From Lama glama (taxonomy: Eukaryota), in contig CM052818.1 of the NCBI GenBank assembly GCA_028534125.1, positions 1,242,001 through 1,306,000 of the forward strand: 64,000 nt of DNA, given 5' to 3'. Shown piece by piece: positions 48,890-62,964 of this stretch (within the stretch, counting starts at the first letter, position 1; each line of letters begins with the position of its first letter). Below the pieces are notes generated by a model. That model did no database searches. It worked only from the letters and a program-made list of their open reading frames with translations, and was not told where the DNA came from. A program made the translations under genes and the position numbers.

Positions 48890-49888
48890 CTGTATGTAGT
48901 TCATTGCATTATTCTTCCCAGTTCTTCACTCTTCCATGTAACTTTGCCGTTCCTCCCACTACAGGTAGGGTGTGCTTCCCTGACCCTTGACTTTGGGCTC
49001 AACTATGGGACGTGATTTGACCAATGGGATAAACAAGTGATAAGCAGAGTACTGAAATGCACTTACATGGCTGGGCTTCCTCTCTGAACTTTCTGGCTTC
49101 ACCATAAGAAAAGCATGCCTTTAAAAAGCCCCCTGGTCTAGGAAGAAAGAAAGACACATGGAGCAGATCTACCAAGCTAATCTAGAAATTACAGCCTGAA
49201 TCAGATGACCACAAACTCCTAAGTTTTTGTTGTGTGCCACTGCTTTTTGGGGTGGTCGGTTACACAGCTGTATTGTAATAATGTTGGGGTGGAGAGGTTC
49301 TTGTCTTGTTGCAGAAAGAATTCGGAGAGAAGACCCAGAGGTTAAGAAAGCAAAGCAAGAATTTATTAAGGGATGGGTAGTACACTCTCGAGAAAAGAGC
49401 TGGCAGACCCAGGTGGGCGGCCGCCCTGAGTTTCCCTGGCAAGCTGGTTATATGGGTGTAAAAGTGAATGGGCAGAATATTCATTGGCAGGGGGGGGTTT
49501 GGGGTCATCTTTCCTGATCTTCATCCCACCACCACCTTCCCAGGTGAGGAGGAGGGATTTTTCATCCTTATTTAGTTTTGATCGGGAAGTTGGATGAGGT
49601 CATAATGAGCAAAAGGTTACATTTGGATGGAGGTCTTAATGATCGAAAGGTTACATTAGGATGGTGGGGATTCATGTCCTGTCCTGTCCTACCCTTCTGC
49701 CTCCAGGACACTTATCAACCCAGAAGGTGTGGGGTTTTATTAGTCCAGAGGATCCTGTTTTCCTTGGTCTGTCCCAGGACCCCCATTGTTTACAATATAT
49801 ATGGTTTTCTGCCATTTGCCCACGTCCTCCTTTCTCTGCTTATATCTAGCTACCTGCCTGCTCTAACAATAACAGCTAGCTGATACAT
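48890..49888. mobile_element. MaLR (MLT1-like) LTR remnant split by a younger LTR
   Basis: cccttgactttgggctc...tttgaccaatggga and a 3' end ttttggggtgg...ttacacagc...agctagctgataca that flanks the insertion. Confidence 0.6.
49282..49868 (-). mobile_element. Solo ERV1-like LTR (587 bp)
   Basis: TGTT...AACA termini, 4-bp TSD ATAA at 49278-49281 and 49869-49872, and AATAAA on the minus strand near 49362. Confidence 0.85.
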
Positions 49889-51139
49889 TCTACCTTCCTT
49901 CCTAAAACTTTCTCCTCCTTTAGCTTCTAGGGCACTCAATAGTCCTGGCTCACTCCTACTGTGCTTGTATTTTGTTAATCTTCTTCACCACTTTTTAAAT
50001 TCTATCTGCCCACATGGTTTTCTTCTCAACCTCCTTTTCTAGCCATTTCACACTCTTTCCTTGAGTGATCTCATTTAATCCTAGAATATCATGTCTACTG
50101 TTGACTCCTAATGTTCACCTCTAAACCTGGGACCCACATTTCAGGTTGCTTTCTGTACATTGCTGTTTAATATCTTGCTACCACTGCAAACTCAGTGTAT
50201 TAAACAAATTTCTTAATTTCTTTGTAAAAACAGCTCTTACTCTTTCCCATCTTCCCTCTGACAGACAACAAAACCACCCATTATTTTTTCAGTAGCCATA
50301 AACTTGTATGGGTCCACCCCTGTCCTGACAAAGCCAGCCCACAGACCGGGTGCCTTCTGCCAACAACACTAGGTCAGAGATCAGCCTCTAGAAGTTTGCC
50401 GTCTGAGGTCCTTTCAGCATAATTTCTTCTTTGCTTTCAATCCTAATCACTATTGACTACTATTTAAATTCCAAACCCTTCATACTGTCTCACTCCTTAC
50501 TGCTCTAGAATTCTTCCCCAGTTCTGACCTCTACTTTAAGCCAGGCTCTCCTAACATGTTCCCAGAACACTCTTTCCACCTCCCGCCTTAAATAAGCTTT
50601 GGCTTCCCTTTGAGGACACCATGTTCCTTACAGCCTTCCTGAGGCTAGATTGACAGTCCTATTCTTCCATCATCACCCTCAATGCCTGGCTTTTCTCTTC
50701 CCACTGTGCTGCCCTTATAAACCCCAACTGTGAATCAATCACCCTTCATTCCTACACCTGAAGTGCCAAAGGCAACTAGAGAAAAGAGCACAAACATGCA
50801 AACAGTTGTTGCCACCAACCTAAAGTATCAATCTCCACAAAGGTCTGCATGCTGTCTGCGCTCCATCCTGCAACTGCCTTGAACTTGTCTTTAGTCAATT
50901 CTCACTCACTCACATTTTCCTCAGCAGCTATTTGACATCTCAGTAATTGACTCGACCCCTAAAACTCCACTCCACACACACACGATTATCACAACTCCCC
51001 TTCATTAAATAATAATAATAATAAAAGACATCATTAGGTGAGAACTGCCTTGTTCTAGTTACCATTGCTATGTTACAAATCTCCCCAAATTTAGCAGTAT
51101 AAAACAACAACCAATCTCTTATTCTCACAGACTCCTTGG

Positions 51140-53950
51140 TTCAGTTCTTTTTTAATCTATTCAAAGAATTGTGCAACAATCAGCACAATTAATTTCAGAA
51201 CATTTTTATTACCTGAAAGAGAAGCCCCATACCCATTGGCAACAATCCCCAATTCACCCAAACCTCTCCAGCCCTAGGCAACCACTAATCTACTTTCTCT
51301 CTACAGATTTGTCTGTTTGGGACATTTCATATAAATGGAATCAAACTACATGTAATCTTTTGTGACTTTTTTTCACTTAGCATGATGTTTTCAAGGTTCA
51401 TCTATATTGCAGCATATATCAGCTCTTCATCCCTTTTTATGGCCAAAGAATATTCCATGATATAGGTATACCACTTCTGTTTAGCCATTCATCAGTTGAT
51501 AGACATTTGGATATTTGCTTTTTTTAAATTATCATGCATAATGCTGCTATGAATATTCATATAAAAGGTTTTGAGCAGACATATGTTTTCAATTCTCTTG
51601 GGTAGATACCTAGGTGAAGTCGTTATGGTAACTCTGTATTTAACATTTTTAGAAACTGTCAGACTATTTTCCAAGGTATCTGGGCCACGTTACATTCACA
51701 CCAGCAATATACGAGGGTTCCAACTTCTCCATAGCCTTGCCGACGTTTGTTTTTGTGTATCTTTTCTCATTTTTAGCAATCCTAGTGGGTGTGAAGTAGC
51801 ATATCATTACGGTTTTGATTTGCATTTCCCTAATGGTCAGTGATGTTGAACATCCTTTCATGTGCTTATTGCCCATTCGTATGTCTTCTTTAAAGAAGTA
51901 TCTATTTATGTCCTTTGCCCATATGTCCAGTAGTTCATTTACATTTTTGTTGTGGCTGTTGAGTCGTAAGAGTTCTTTATACAGTCTCGATATAAGCTCC
52001 TTATCAGATATATGATTTGTAACTATTTTCTCCCATTCTGTGGATTGTCTTTCCACTTTTCTTATAGTTTCCTTTGAAGAACAAAAGTTATTAATTTCGA
52101 TGATATCCAATTTATTTCTTCTTTTGTTATTTATGCTTTTGATATATCTAACAACCATGCTCAATCCGAAATAACGAAGATTTACCCAATGTTTTCATCT
52201 AAGAGTTTTATAGCATTAGTTCTTATATTTAGGTCTGGACCTATTTTGAGTTAACTTTCGTAAATGATGTGAAGCAGGGCTCCAGCTTGATTCTTGTGCC
52301 TGTGGATGGCCAGTTGCCCTAGCACCACGTGTAGAAAACACTATTCTCTCCCTATTGAATTGCATTGTCACTCTTCTTAAAAATCAGCTGGCCATAAATG
52401 TGAGGGTTCATTTCTAGACTCTTAATTATATTCCATTGATCCATATGTCCAACCTTATGACACTACAGCACTGCCTTGATTACTGTATCTTTATAATAAG
52501 TTTTGATTTTAGGAAGGGTGAAAGAGACCTCCAACTTTGTTCTTTTTCACGAAAAATATCCCAGTCACTACCCTTGTCAACTCGGCAGGAAAAAAAGCCA
52601 GCTAACTGGGAGTTCGAAATTTGTAGATACTGACAGATATATATATAGAATAGATAAACAAGATTATACTGCATAGCACAGGGAAGTATATACAAGATCT
52701 TGTGGTAGCTCACAGAGAAAAAAATGTGACAATGAATATATCTATATGCATGTATAACTGAAAAATTGTGCTCTACACTGGAAATTGACACAACATTGTA
52801 AACTGACTGTAACTCAATAAAATAACATTTAAAAAAAAAAGCCAGCTAGACTTTTGATTGGGATTTGGGGAATTAATAGTTCAGTTTGGGGCCATCTTAA
52901 CAATATTAATTTTTTTTGGCCCATGAATGTGGGATATCTTTCCATTTATTTAGATCTTTCTAAATCTCAACAACATTTTGTGGTTTCATGGACAAATCTT
53001 ACAATTCTTGTATTAAATTTATTCTTAAGTATTTTATTTTTTTTTATTTTGGTCTTTTGTTTTGTGGAGGGGTTGTTGTTCAGTCTAGCTAAGAGTTTTT
53101 CAATTTTATTGAACTTTTAAACAAACTTTAAGTTTATTGATTGTCTCAATTGTTTTTCTAGTCTCTATTTCATTTACTTCTTCTCTAAACTTTTATTTCC
53201 TCCCTTCTGTTTTGTCTAGTTTCTTTTTTCTTTTCTCTTTTTAATAGACTTTATTCTTTTAGAGCAGTTTCAGGTTCACAACAGAATTGAGCATAAAATA
53301 CAGAGTTTGTACTTAGCCCTCCCCACTCACACATATATACTCCTCAACATCCCTCGTCAGTGTGACAATCAATGAAACAACATGGAGACATTATTATCAA
53401 CCAAAGTTCATAGTTTACATTAGGGTTCACTCTTGATGTTGTACATTCTATGGGCTTTGTGCTTTGTGTAGTTTTTTTAAGGTGAAAGTTTTAAGCTATT
53501 GGTTTGAGAACTTTCTTCATTTTTAATATAGACATTTATAGCTATGAATTTCCCTCTTGGTGTTGTTTTAGCTGTATCCCATAAGTTTTGGTAAGTCATG
53601 TTTTCATTTCTGTTCATCTTGAAATATTTTCTGATTTCCCTTGTACTTTTTTTGACCCACTGGTTATTAAGAATATGTTGTTTAATTTTCATATATTTGT
53701 GAATCCCCAAATTTCCTTCTGTTTTCCATTTTTTTAATTTAATTTTTAATGGACTTATGGATTCAATTCCATTGTGGTGCAGGAAACATCCTTCGTATTA
53801 TTTCCTTTTAAATTTATTGATATCATCTATCCTAGAGAGTGTTCCATGTACACTCAAGAAGAACGTGTATTCTGCTGCTGTTCAAGTCTTCTATTCCCTG
53901 TTCCCAGCTCTTCTATCCATTGTTGAAAGTAGAGTAAGAAAGCCTCCAAA
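51140..53950 (-). mobile_element. Old L1 fragments (3'UTR, ORF2 pieces, endonuclease-region piece)
   Basis: Minus-strand translations [18 protein letters not shown] and LNNQWVKK...YQNLWDTAKTTPRGKFIAIN. Confidence 0.85.
52605..52840 (+). mobile_element. 5'-truncated young camelid L1 3' end with TSD
   Basis: TSD aaaaaagccagcta at 52591-52604 and 52835-52848. The body is near-identical to 29245-29450. Confidence 0.9.
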
Positions 53951-56900
53951 CATTAGTGTTGAATGAATATTTGCTTTTAAATATCTGCCAGGTGCTTCAA
54001 ACTCAGTGTGTTCAAAGCTGATTTTATACTCTCTCCCTTCTCAAATCCATCTCAGTTAATGGCACCAGGTGCTCACACCAGAAACTCAGGAGTCATTCTG
54101 CATTCCTTTTTTCCTTCATATCCTACATCCAAAAGACCCCCAAGCCCTGCTAATTTTACTCCTCCGTTTACTTCTCTTTATCTCATCTGTCCCTGCCCTA
54201 CCTAATTCACGTCCTTGCCCCTGGTTTCAAGACTATTATAACCAGTCTCATTGCCTCCATTCTTGCTAATGCTGTTCATCCCACCTGGAACAACACATTC
54301 ATCCTTTAAGACTTAACTCCAGAGTCACCCTCTCCTACGGGGAGTCTTTGCTACATGATCTCATTCCTTCATCTGGGCTCTCAGCCTCCTGTGTATTCAC
54401 CTGTCCCAAGAGTTACCACATGATGTTACCACTGTTTGCCCCTCAGGGTAGCTCAGTCTCTTGTAGCAGAATAATTAGGACACTCTAGAGTCAGACAGTA
54501 TAGATTGAAATCCTGCCTCTACCAGTTTCTAACTGTGTGATTGGCAAATTATTCATCTCCCTATGTCAGTTTCCTCGTCCAAAATTTCGGGATGATAATA
54601 GTACTTACCTTTTAGGGGTAAAGTGAATTAATAGATATAAAGCACTTAAAGTAAGTTTAATATTAATATTATTAATATTGTTTAACATTAATACTATTAT
54701 TCATCCTGAGAGCCCAGCTCTTCAGCAGAGTGCTTGGAATAGAAGGGTCTTAGTTTATGTAGCTTGAGCAGAACTGAACTGAAGTGAACTGCTTGTCCCT
54801 TTTTTCAGTCTTTGCATATGCAATTCTGTTTCTTCTGTATGAAACACCCTTCCCCCTTCCGCCTCCTTGCTCACTTGGTGAAATCATTCTTCAGGATCCA
54901 GCTTGTATGACCTTATTCTGTGAAGAGAAACCTTCCCTTCCTAACACAGGCAGTCAAACTACGAGTCCTTTGTCAACATCTCTATCTCGTATTAATACCT
55001 GACTCTACACTGTCCCTGTCACACTGTGTGAGCTTGAATAGTGGCAATAATAAAACTTACTCTTTACTAAACACCTGCTGGGTTCCAGGAACATAATATG
55101 ATTTCTCTCATTTCATCTTCACATTCATCCTTATGTAAGATAAAAAAGTGTTGCTCCATTTTATTGATGAAAAAAACCAGAAGCCCAGTGTAAATAACTT
55201 GCCCAAGGTCAGATGGCTGATGACTAAGTGATAGACTGAAATTATTAGCCAGTTTAACCTCAAAACTCACACACTTTCTTTTATTGCTTTTTCTAGTTTT
55301 TACATCTGTCTTATCACCTACACCATGAGCTCCCTGTGGGCAGGAACCTATTCGAGCAGATGGCTCTCTTAGGGGGAAAAATATGTCTCCCCAAAAGGCC
55401 TAAAGTTTCCTGGGAACCGAGCACCAGTGCTCCATCCCTCTTCTCTCTCCATGGTGCTGAGGCAGGCGTCTACGCTGGTGCAGGTGTGAAGGAAAAGAAG
55501 GACAACTGCACAGTGGATGACGGCAGCTCAGGCCCCAGGCTCTCTTGGTCCTGTTTGCTGCTCCAGCATCTCTGGGGCTGTGAGGAGGCCTCCCTGGAGT
55601 GTGAGCTCACTGGGTCCCCTGGGCGGTGACATCAGCCTCCTGCTCTGCCAGGCCCCAGAGGCCACAATCACACTGACTTCACCCAGGGCCCGCGGGGCTT
55701 CAGAGGATCTCAGACCGACATGCCCCGGCCTGAGACTACTTTTGTAACCGTGATGTTGGGAGGTCCTTTTCTTTACCAAAAGGTCTCTTTCCACGTGCAG
55801 GCAGCTTTCTTTCCTGTTTTTCTTCATAACTTGCACGTCCCCTAAAATTGTAAGCTTCACTCAGTACTTTGCTATACGGACACACACACTGCCTGGAAGC
55901 TCTGACACACCAATACAAATCAGGAGGCATCGAGAACTATTAAAAAATAAAACAACAACACTCCTCGGCAGTTTTGTGAGACTGCCAAAGGGGGAAGCTG
56001 AGCAAGAGGAAACTGGGCAAGTAATTGCCGGATAACCAAACAGACATCTACCCTAACACCTCACACTATTGGATGTGGTTTGAAAGAAAAATTAGACACA
56101 CTCCTCAGCTTAAAATCCTCTCATGGTTCCCATTGCACTTACAACAAAATCCAGACTTACATCATGGCCCAGAACACCTTCCCCCGGCTACCCCAGCTTC
56201 ATCATACCCTGTTCTTCTTGTATTCAACTCCTCCAATGCCATCAACCATCTTTCAGTCCCTCAAACACACCCACACCTTGGCCACTCCAGGCTTTGCAAT
56301 TTTATGTTTGAGACCTGCAGGATGAGTCAGAGTTAGTAGGTCTTAGGTTAGTCAGCCCTCAGAGAGAGTAACAAATGGAACGTGACTGACAACTTGTGCG
56401 TGGCATTTGAGTGTTGAAAGTCCAAACTGAGAAGATCTTGCAGGTCTGGCAGCATCAGGCCCGAGGACTTGGAGTCTGGTCAAGATGCTTCTTCAGCAGA
56501 TTTGCTGAGACATGGGCTCTGTCAGTGCACCAAGTTCCTCCAACTGACGGTACTGGCTTTGGGGCCCCTCCTGAGTTAAGATGCTCTGATGCTAAGATGA
56601 AGACCCATTCTTTTCCTTCATAGTACTCACCCCAATTTATAATTACATACCTGTTTGTTAGTTTGTTTATTCTCTTCCTCCCTTACTAAGCTGTAAATCC
56701 AAGGGAGGGCAGGGACCATGTCTGATTTGTTTAATGTATACCTGTTACCTAGATCAGTGCCTACCATATAGAAAGTGCTCAGTAACTCTTTGTGGACCAA
56801 ATGAATGATAAAAGGTGATCCCCGCATTAAGAGACCATCTCATCTATTTGGGGAAGGTGACCAGCACACTCAAAGCAGGTATAAATCTTGCTTGACAAAC

Positions 56901-57549
56901 TGGGGATGTGAGAAACGGTGCATCACTTTAATTCCTTTCAGTCAAATTAAATCTACCTCAAATCCTCAACCTCTTGGTGTCAGGCTAGGCTTGAGCAAAG
57001 GCCCATGGGGCCTTCCTAGAGCAGAACTGGGATGCTCGTTGTTCCAGCCCTGGGGGACCTGTGAAGGAGCTCCACAGCTCCAGGCCACCCTTCCCCCTGG
57101 GAAGCACTGGGGGGTCGGTGACCCTGGGGTGCACTGAATGGCCATTCCTTTCTAGTGTCTCACCACCTCTGCAAAGTGCCCAAGGGGACAAGCCACAGTT
57201 CCTATGTGTTTGGTAGCCCCTAAGTTACCCCCCAAATCTTGTAGAGCTCTTCCCTTTCCTCTGCCCTCTCCACCTGAGCTTCATCCCTCCAGACACCAGC
57301 ACACGCCCTCTACCTGTAGCCTGGTATCAACGCATACGAGGAGCTTAGACTTCCCTCTGATGACTTTCATTTCTATCTCGCTGTGCAGTTGGCTCTGAGC
57401 TGAATCCAAGCTGGACAGCCTGCTCGGAAGGGGAGAAGGAAGTCAGAAGAATAAAAGGCAAAGTAGAAGCTCAACACGTTACGCTGCTCTACCTTCAGTA
57501 GGAAATTTTACAAAGACAGAACACAGCAATGTGCTAAGTTGAAAATAGC

Positions 57550-57550
<1 letters not shown>

Positions 57551-57584
<34 letters not shown>

Positions 57585-57605
57585 ACAAGCAAGCAAGCAA
57601 GCAAG
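57551..57605 (+). repeat. (AAGC)n microsatellite, about 13 units with one interruption
   Basis: Read directly. Confidence 0.93.
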
Positions 57606-57761
57606 AAAAAAGAACCAAGTACTAAGACGTAAGATATCATCAAGAGTGCTTGGGGTTGTTTTTCTTTTCTTCACCTTCTCAAGTGTGTCTCTAAGTCCCC
57701 TCTCACAACCTATGTCCCCATCCTAGGCAATCTAATTTTTTGTACATTAGAGAGGTATTCT

Positions 57762-57900
57762 TTTTTTAAAAAATTTTTGTTGGCGGGAGGTAATTAGGCT
57801 TATTTATTTATTTATTTTTAGAGGAGATAGTGGGGATTGAACCGAGGACCTCGTGAATGCTAAGCACACACTCTACCGCTTGAGCTATACCCTCCTCCCT
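57762..57900 (-). mobile_element. tRNA-derived camelid SINE
   Basis: + strand reads ggaggtaattagg...ggggattgaacc...ctctaccgcttgagctataccctcc. Confidence 0.85.
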
Positions 57901-58129
57901 ACGGAGACATTCTTGAAAACATATTTTCACCATGAAATCTTGTCAATGATTCTCCCTCCACAGTGGCCTGCATTCCCTGCCCCTTTGTCTGTCAAGTAAC
58001 CACTGTTATTGTCAGAAATCAAGGTTTAACATTTCGTGCCAAGATTTTTACAATAGTCTACCAACTCATTATTCTAAAATCCCCCTTCCCCGGGATTCAT
58101 TCATTTGCTCTTCTGTTCAAAAAATATAT

Positions 58130-58256
58130 TTTTTTTTGGCAGGGGTAGGTAATTAGGTGTATTTATTTGTTCATTTTTAGGGGAGGTACTGGGGCTAGAA
58201 CCCAGGACCTTGTGCATGCTAAGCATGCTATACCATTTGAGCTATACTCTCCCTGC
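58130..58256 (-). mobile_element. tRNA-derived camelid SINE
   Basis: Same family. Imperfect TSD caaaaa(a)tat(a)tttt. Confidence 0.85.
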
Positions 58257-58644
58257 CAAAAATATTTTTCAAGCAACTACAGTGACACTAACTGCATGAC
58301 CTTGAACAAGTTGCTTAATTCTCTGTGCCCCAATTTTCCTGTCTGTAAAATCGGGATGATAATGCTAACACCTCCCCTACAGACTTGTTCTGTTGTTATA
58401 AAACAGTGCCTGGAACGTAATAACGTCGGCTATTGTCATTTTTATCGCCACTGTCACTATTGTTGTTTACATTACTTGCCAGGCACTCTTAGGTGCTGGA
58501 GATACAAGAAAGCCAAGATCCCTGTTCTTACGGAGCTTACAATATAGTTAGTGGAGCAAAAACGTGTGTGTACGTGTATATGCGTGCCCATGTATAAAAT
58601 CTCAGTTTGTCAGGAGGGCTATTGAGAGAATTTAGATGGAATAT

Positions 58645-59585
58645 ACTAGCACCTCACACCCATCAGTATGGCTACTACCAAAAGCCAGAAAGTAACAAGA
58701 GTTGGTGTGAATGTGGAGAAACTGGAACACCTGTGATTGTTGGTGGGAATGAAAAATGGTTGCAGCCCTGTGGAAATCAGTATAGCATTTCCTCAAAAAA
58801 TTAAGCATAGAATTACCATATGACCCAGCAACTCCATTTCTGAGTATACAACCCAAAAGAAATTGAAACCAGGGACTCAAACAGATACTTGCACACTGAT
58901 GTTTATAGCAGCATTATTAACAACAGCCAAGCGCGGGCAGGTAGAGCTCAGCAGTAGAGCATGTGCTTAGCACGCACCAGGTCGTGGCTTCAACCCCCAG
59001 TTCCTCCATTTAAAAAACTAATAGTAATAGTTAAAAAAAACAACAGCCAAAAGATGGAACTTATTCAAATGTTCATCAACAAATGAATGGACAAGAAAAA
59101 TGTATCACATTTTTCCCAATTATCTGATATATACATAATAAACATTCCATTCCTTTGAAGGCTGAAATATATATATATTAAATATGATGAGTATTATTTA
59201 GCCTTTAAAAAGAATGGAATTCGACACATGCTATAACACGGCTGAAACTTGAAGACATGCTAACTGAAATAAGCTAGATGCAAAAGTACAAATACAGTAG
59301 GATTCTACTTATATGAGACACCTAAAATAGACAAATTCATAGAGACAGAAGTTAAACAGCAGTTGGCAGGGGCTGTAGGTGCAGGGGGAATAGGCAGCTG
59401 TTGTTTAATGGATACAGAGTTTAAATTTGGGAAGACGAAAAAGTTCTGGAGATGGATGATGGTGATGGTTGCAGAACAATGTGAATGTGCTTCATGCTAC
59501 TGAATTATACACTTAAAAATGGTTAAAATGATAAATTTTCATGTTATGTATATTTCCCTACAGTCAAAATAGATAAATAAATATA
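58645..59585 (+). mobile_element. Old L1 (L1MB-like) 3' end, interrupted by a SINE
   Basis: agaattaccatatgacccagcaactcc...acacttaaaaatggttaaaatg. Confidence 0.85.
58931..59038 (+). mobile_element. tRNA-derived SINE nested in an older L1, with 12-bp TSD
   Basis: TSD aacaacagccaa at 58919-58930 and 59039-59050. Confidence 0.87.
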
Positions 59586-60021
59586 TTTTAAGCATAGTGA
59601 CATAATAAAGGCTGTACAGGTTATTTTTGCACCGATGGTCAGAGCAGGTGCCTCCGAGGATGTGGATGTGACATTTCAGCTGAGCCCTGAATGACAAGCC
59701 AGTGTGTAAAGAAGGTGAGCAGCACAGGGTACGGACAGTGCAAAGCTCTAAGGCAGAAACGCGTCTGGAGTGTTACAGTAACCTAAAGAAGGCTAATGTG
59801 GTGGGATCATAGAGGGCAAGGGAGAAAGAGTGGCTAGAAGGGAAGGTGAAAAGGTGAACACCGTAACTGCAGACAACTCTTTCAAAAAGTTTTGCTATAA
59901 AGGGAAACAGACATGGCGCAGATGTCAAAAGGGTCTGGAGGGAGATTTTTATTGATCTGCTGAAGGAAAGAGGGAGAACTGATGATGCTAAAAGGAGAGA
60001 CAAAGTTGTAAGACTAAAGTT

Positions 60022-60150
60022 GAAGGGTATAGCTCAAGAGGTAAAGCATGTGTTCAGCATCCATGAGGTCTCAAGTTCAATCCCCAGTGCCTCCTCCAAG
60101 CAGAAATCAATGAAGAAAGCAAATCACCTCCCCCTCGGGAAACAAATAAT
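60022..60150 (+). mobile_element. tRNA-derived camelid SINE (diverged)
   Basis: GGGTATAGCTCAAGAGGTAAAG...GTTCAATCCCCAGTGCCTCC. Confidence 0.8.
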
Positions 60151-61239
60151 GCAAGTTAAGACCTTGAATAGAGAGAAGGAATAAGATTCAGATGGCGAGT
60201 GCATAATTCCCTGTTCCTCCCGGACTGGGCATATTTTCCTGTCCCTGTATTAAACAAGACTGAGACCAAGTAAGAATAACTTGGCTGATGGCTCCAGGGA
60301 ATTCTTGCTCTTGGGAGAGAAGCCCACGTATCAATTAAAATGACTTGTTCATCAAGACTCCTTCAGACCTTCACCTTCACCTCACTGGAGACCTCCCCTC
60401 ATGCCCACCACTCCAAAGCTGTTACATTCCCAATATATTCCTGTTCAGTCCCAATCAGTTCTTCTCCTTTCAAAACCCACCTTCAAATCATCCAACCCAA
60501 GCCCTCAAACTCTATAGATGTCCCGCCTTTGTCTGCCTATTCTGACACACTACAAAGATTCCAGCAAGTGGTGCTCTCAGGGCCAGAGGCTAGCCACCCT
60601 CTCTTGGCACCTGGCTTCTTCCTCCATGGCCTCCAGCTTTTCTTACCCTTTGGCCTGTAGTCCCCCTAACACTTTGCATCCAGCTGAGCTAAACTAGCCC
60701 TGGATGGAGGCCTGAAGTCAGAAAACACCGCACCTCAACTGTGTCTGCCACCAAGACAGTTAAGAGGCCCTGCACGAAAGCCCAGGGGTCCTGTTCCCAA
60801 ACCTCCTTCCAACTGTGGTGCACTGGGCCCCCGGGGGCGTGGAGGTGGGGGCCTACCTGGGTCACATGGCCGCCGTCGCCATGGCACTCGTCTGGCACAG
60901 CTTCTCGAGGGACCAGGACCCAGGGTGCTAGGTCTATAGGGAAGCAGCTGGCCAGCTTTACTCCAGGGTTCTCAGGGAGGGCCTGGCTAGATGCAGTTGA
61001 ACACATTTGTTGACCTAGAGTGACCCACACCTTGCAAGCTCACTCTTCTCACCTATCATAAGTGTATCTCCTCACCCAAAGCCACTTGGCCCCTGAGTTC
61101 TCCCTCTGAGATGACTGACAGGAAGTGTTCCCTCCGAGGACTGGCAGAGAAAGGACAGCAGGGGTGTGGACAGCTGTTGGTACCCATGCATTAATGCAAG
61201 CAGCCAAGTGCCAAGTGAACAGGGAAGGTGGAGTGCAAG

Positions 61240-61885
61240 TGTTGCCGGTAGATGTAGCTGGTGTCCAGGTTCTTGCCCCATCCTAGAAAGAATTCAGAGA
61301 TGGGACGCAGGGGTTAAGAACGTAAAGTGAGGATTTAAAGGATGGATAGAGCACTCTCAAGGTGAGGCGGGCAGGCTCAGCTGAGCAGCTGCCCTGAGTT
61401 TCTTTGGCAAGTTGGTTACATTGGGTGTAAAAATGAATGGGCAGAATATTCACTGAGGAGGGATGGGTTCAGGGTCATATTCCATGACTTTCATTCCAAC
61501 TCCACCTTCCCGGAGAGAGGAGAGATTTCTGTCCCTATTTAGTCTGGACTGGAAGTGCTAAGGCTTTGGTGCATAATGGATATTTCTAATCTGCAAGATG
61601 AATTTTATTGAAATGAGGGCATAATGAACAAAATGTTACCTTTGGACACTGGAAATTCCTGCCTTTTCCCACCTTTCTTTGTTGGCCTCCAGGCCATTTG
61701 TCATCCCATATGGTGTGACCGCTTATCAGCCCAGAGGTTCCTTTCTTTCTCTGCTCAGGGACCCTTGTTGCTTACACCATGTATGCTTTCCTGCATTTGG
61801 CCTGTGACCCTCCTTTTTGCCCAACTCCTGCCACTCGGTTTCCGTCCCCCTTTCTCTGCTCATATCCTGCTATCTGCCTCCTGAG
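61240..61885 (-). mobile_element. Solo LTR related to the one at 49282-49868
   Basis: Starts TGTTG and shares blocks such as aggttcttg...agaaagaattc, ccctgagtttc..tggcaag.tggtta and gggtgtaaaa.tgaatgggcagaatattca. The right end is uncertain. Confidence 0.75.
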
Positions 61886-62964
61886 ACTCCTGAGAGTCTT
61901 TTCCAGAGCTACAGGCACTTGTATCTCACCAGCCTTCACTTGTCTTCCTGAAGACAGAGCCGGTGAGAAGGGAGCCCAGTGGGGAGGGTTGGAGCTGGGA
62001 GGAGCACCCCGCTGCCCCTGGTGCCAGCTCCAGGAATCTTCAAATTCAGTATCCGGCTGCTCCACATGACTGTCCAAGTTTCCGCCCAACTGCGTTTTAA
62101 AAGGATGTTCTGACTGGCAGCCCTCAATGCAGCCTCTTTTAACTTCTCAGTAACGTGCCCATGAAACACAGAACAAAAGGAAAAGGCACCAAGCCCTCCA
62201 AAATCATGCCGAATCTCAGAGGAACGGGTGATGACTGCAGGCAGACCGAGCCGGGGCTCCTGCTCCTCCAGGACACCAGTGCAGCTTAAGGAATTCTAGT
62301 CTCCTCACCCTTGGGAAGCTGTCCCAACCCTCAGATTTAGCTAGTTCTCGGGAGTCTATGGATTTTTCTTAAGACTAGACCCCAAAATTGGAAGGAAGTG
62401 ATGAAGTGGCAAATCAAGAAAAGCTTATAGTATTAAAAAATCAGAATAAACATTTAGGGAAACAAAATAAGTAAATTTCTACAACACAATATGCGTCCTT
62501 GTTTTATACAAGTTACATCTTGAATAGGACTGAAGCACAGAAAATTCACTGTGTGTTAGCAACAGCGGTGTTTTAACACAAGCCAGTGCTGTGTTTGATC
62601 CCTTGTGAGAAGCAGTGCAGGAGAATGAGGAAAAGCAAACTGAAGCCAGACTAAGGGCCAAAAGATTATGAAATCAAGGAGGGCTTCTCTCCCTGGGCAG
62701 ATTCCTGCAGGGCAAGGGGGCTGGACCACGTGTCAGTGAAAGAGCTTTAGAATCTGCTGCCACCTTATGGCGGTCAGACCGCAGCACCGTGTCCCGTGCT
62801 CTGGTTGTGCTGGGGCCCCTGATTCAATGGTCATAAGCGGAACCAAAAAGACTGAGGCAGGCATACATATTATTTTTTACATGCATACAACAAGAATGGT
62901 GGGAAAACATTTTTAAAGGCCTGGGGGGAAAACATTTTAAAAATATTGTTTTTTAATTTTTTAA

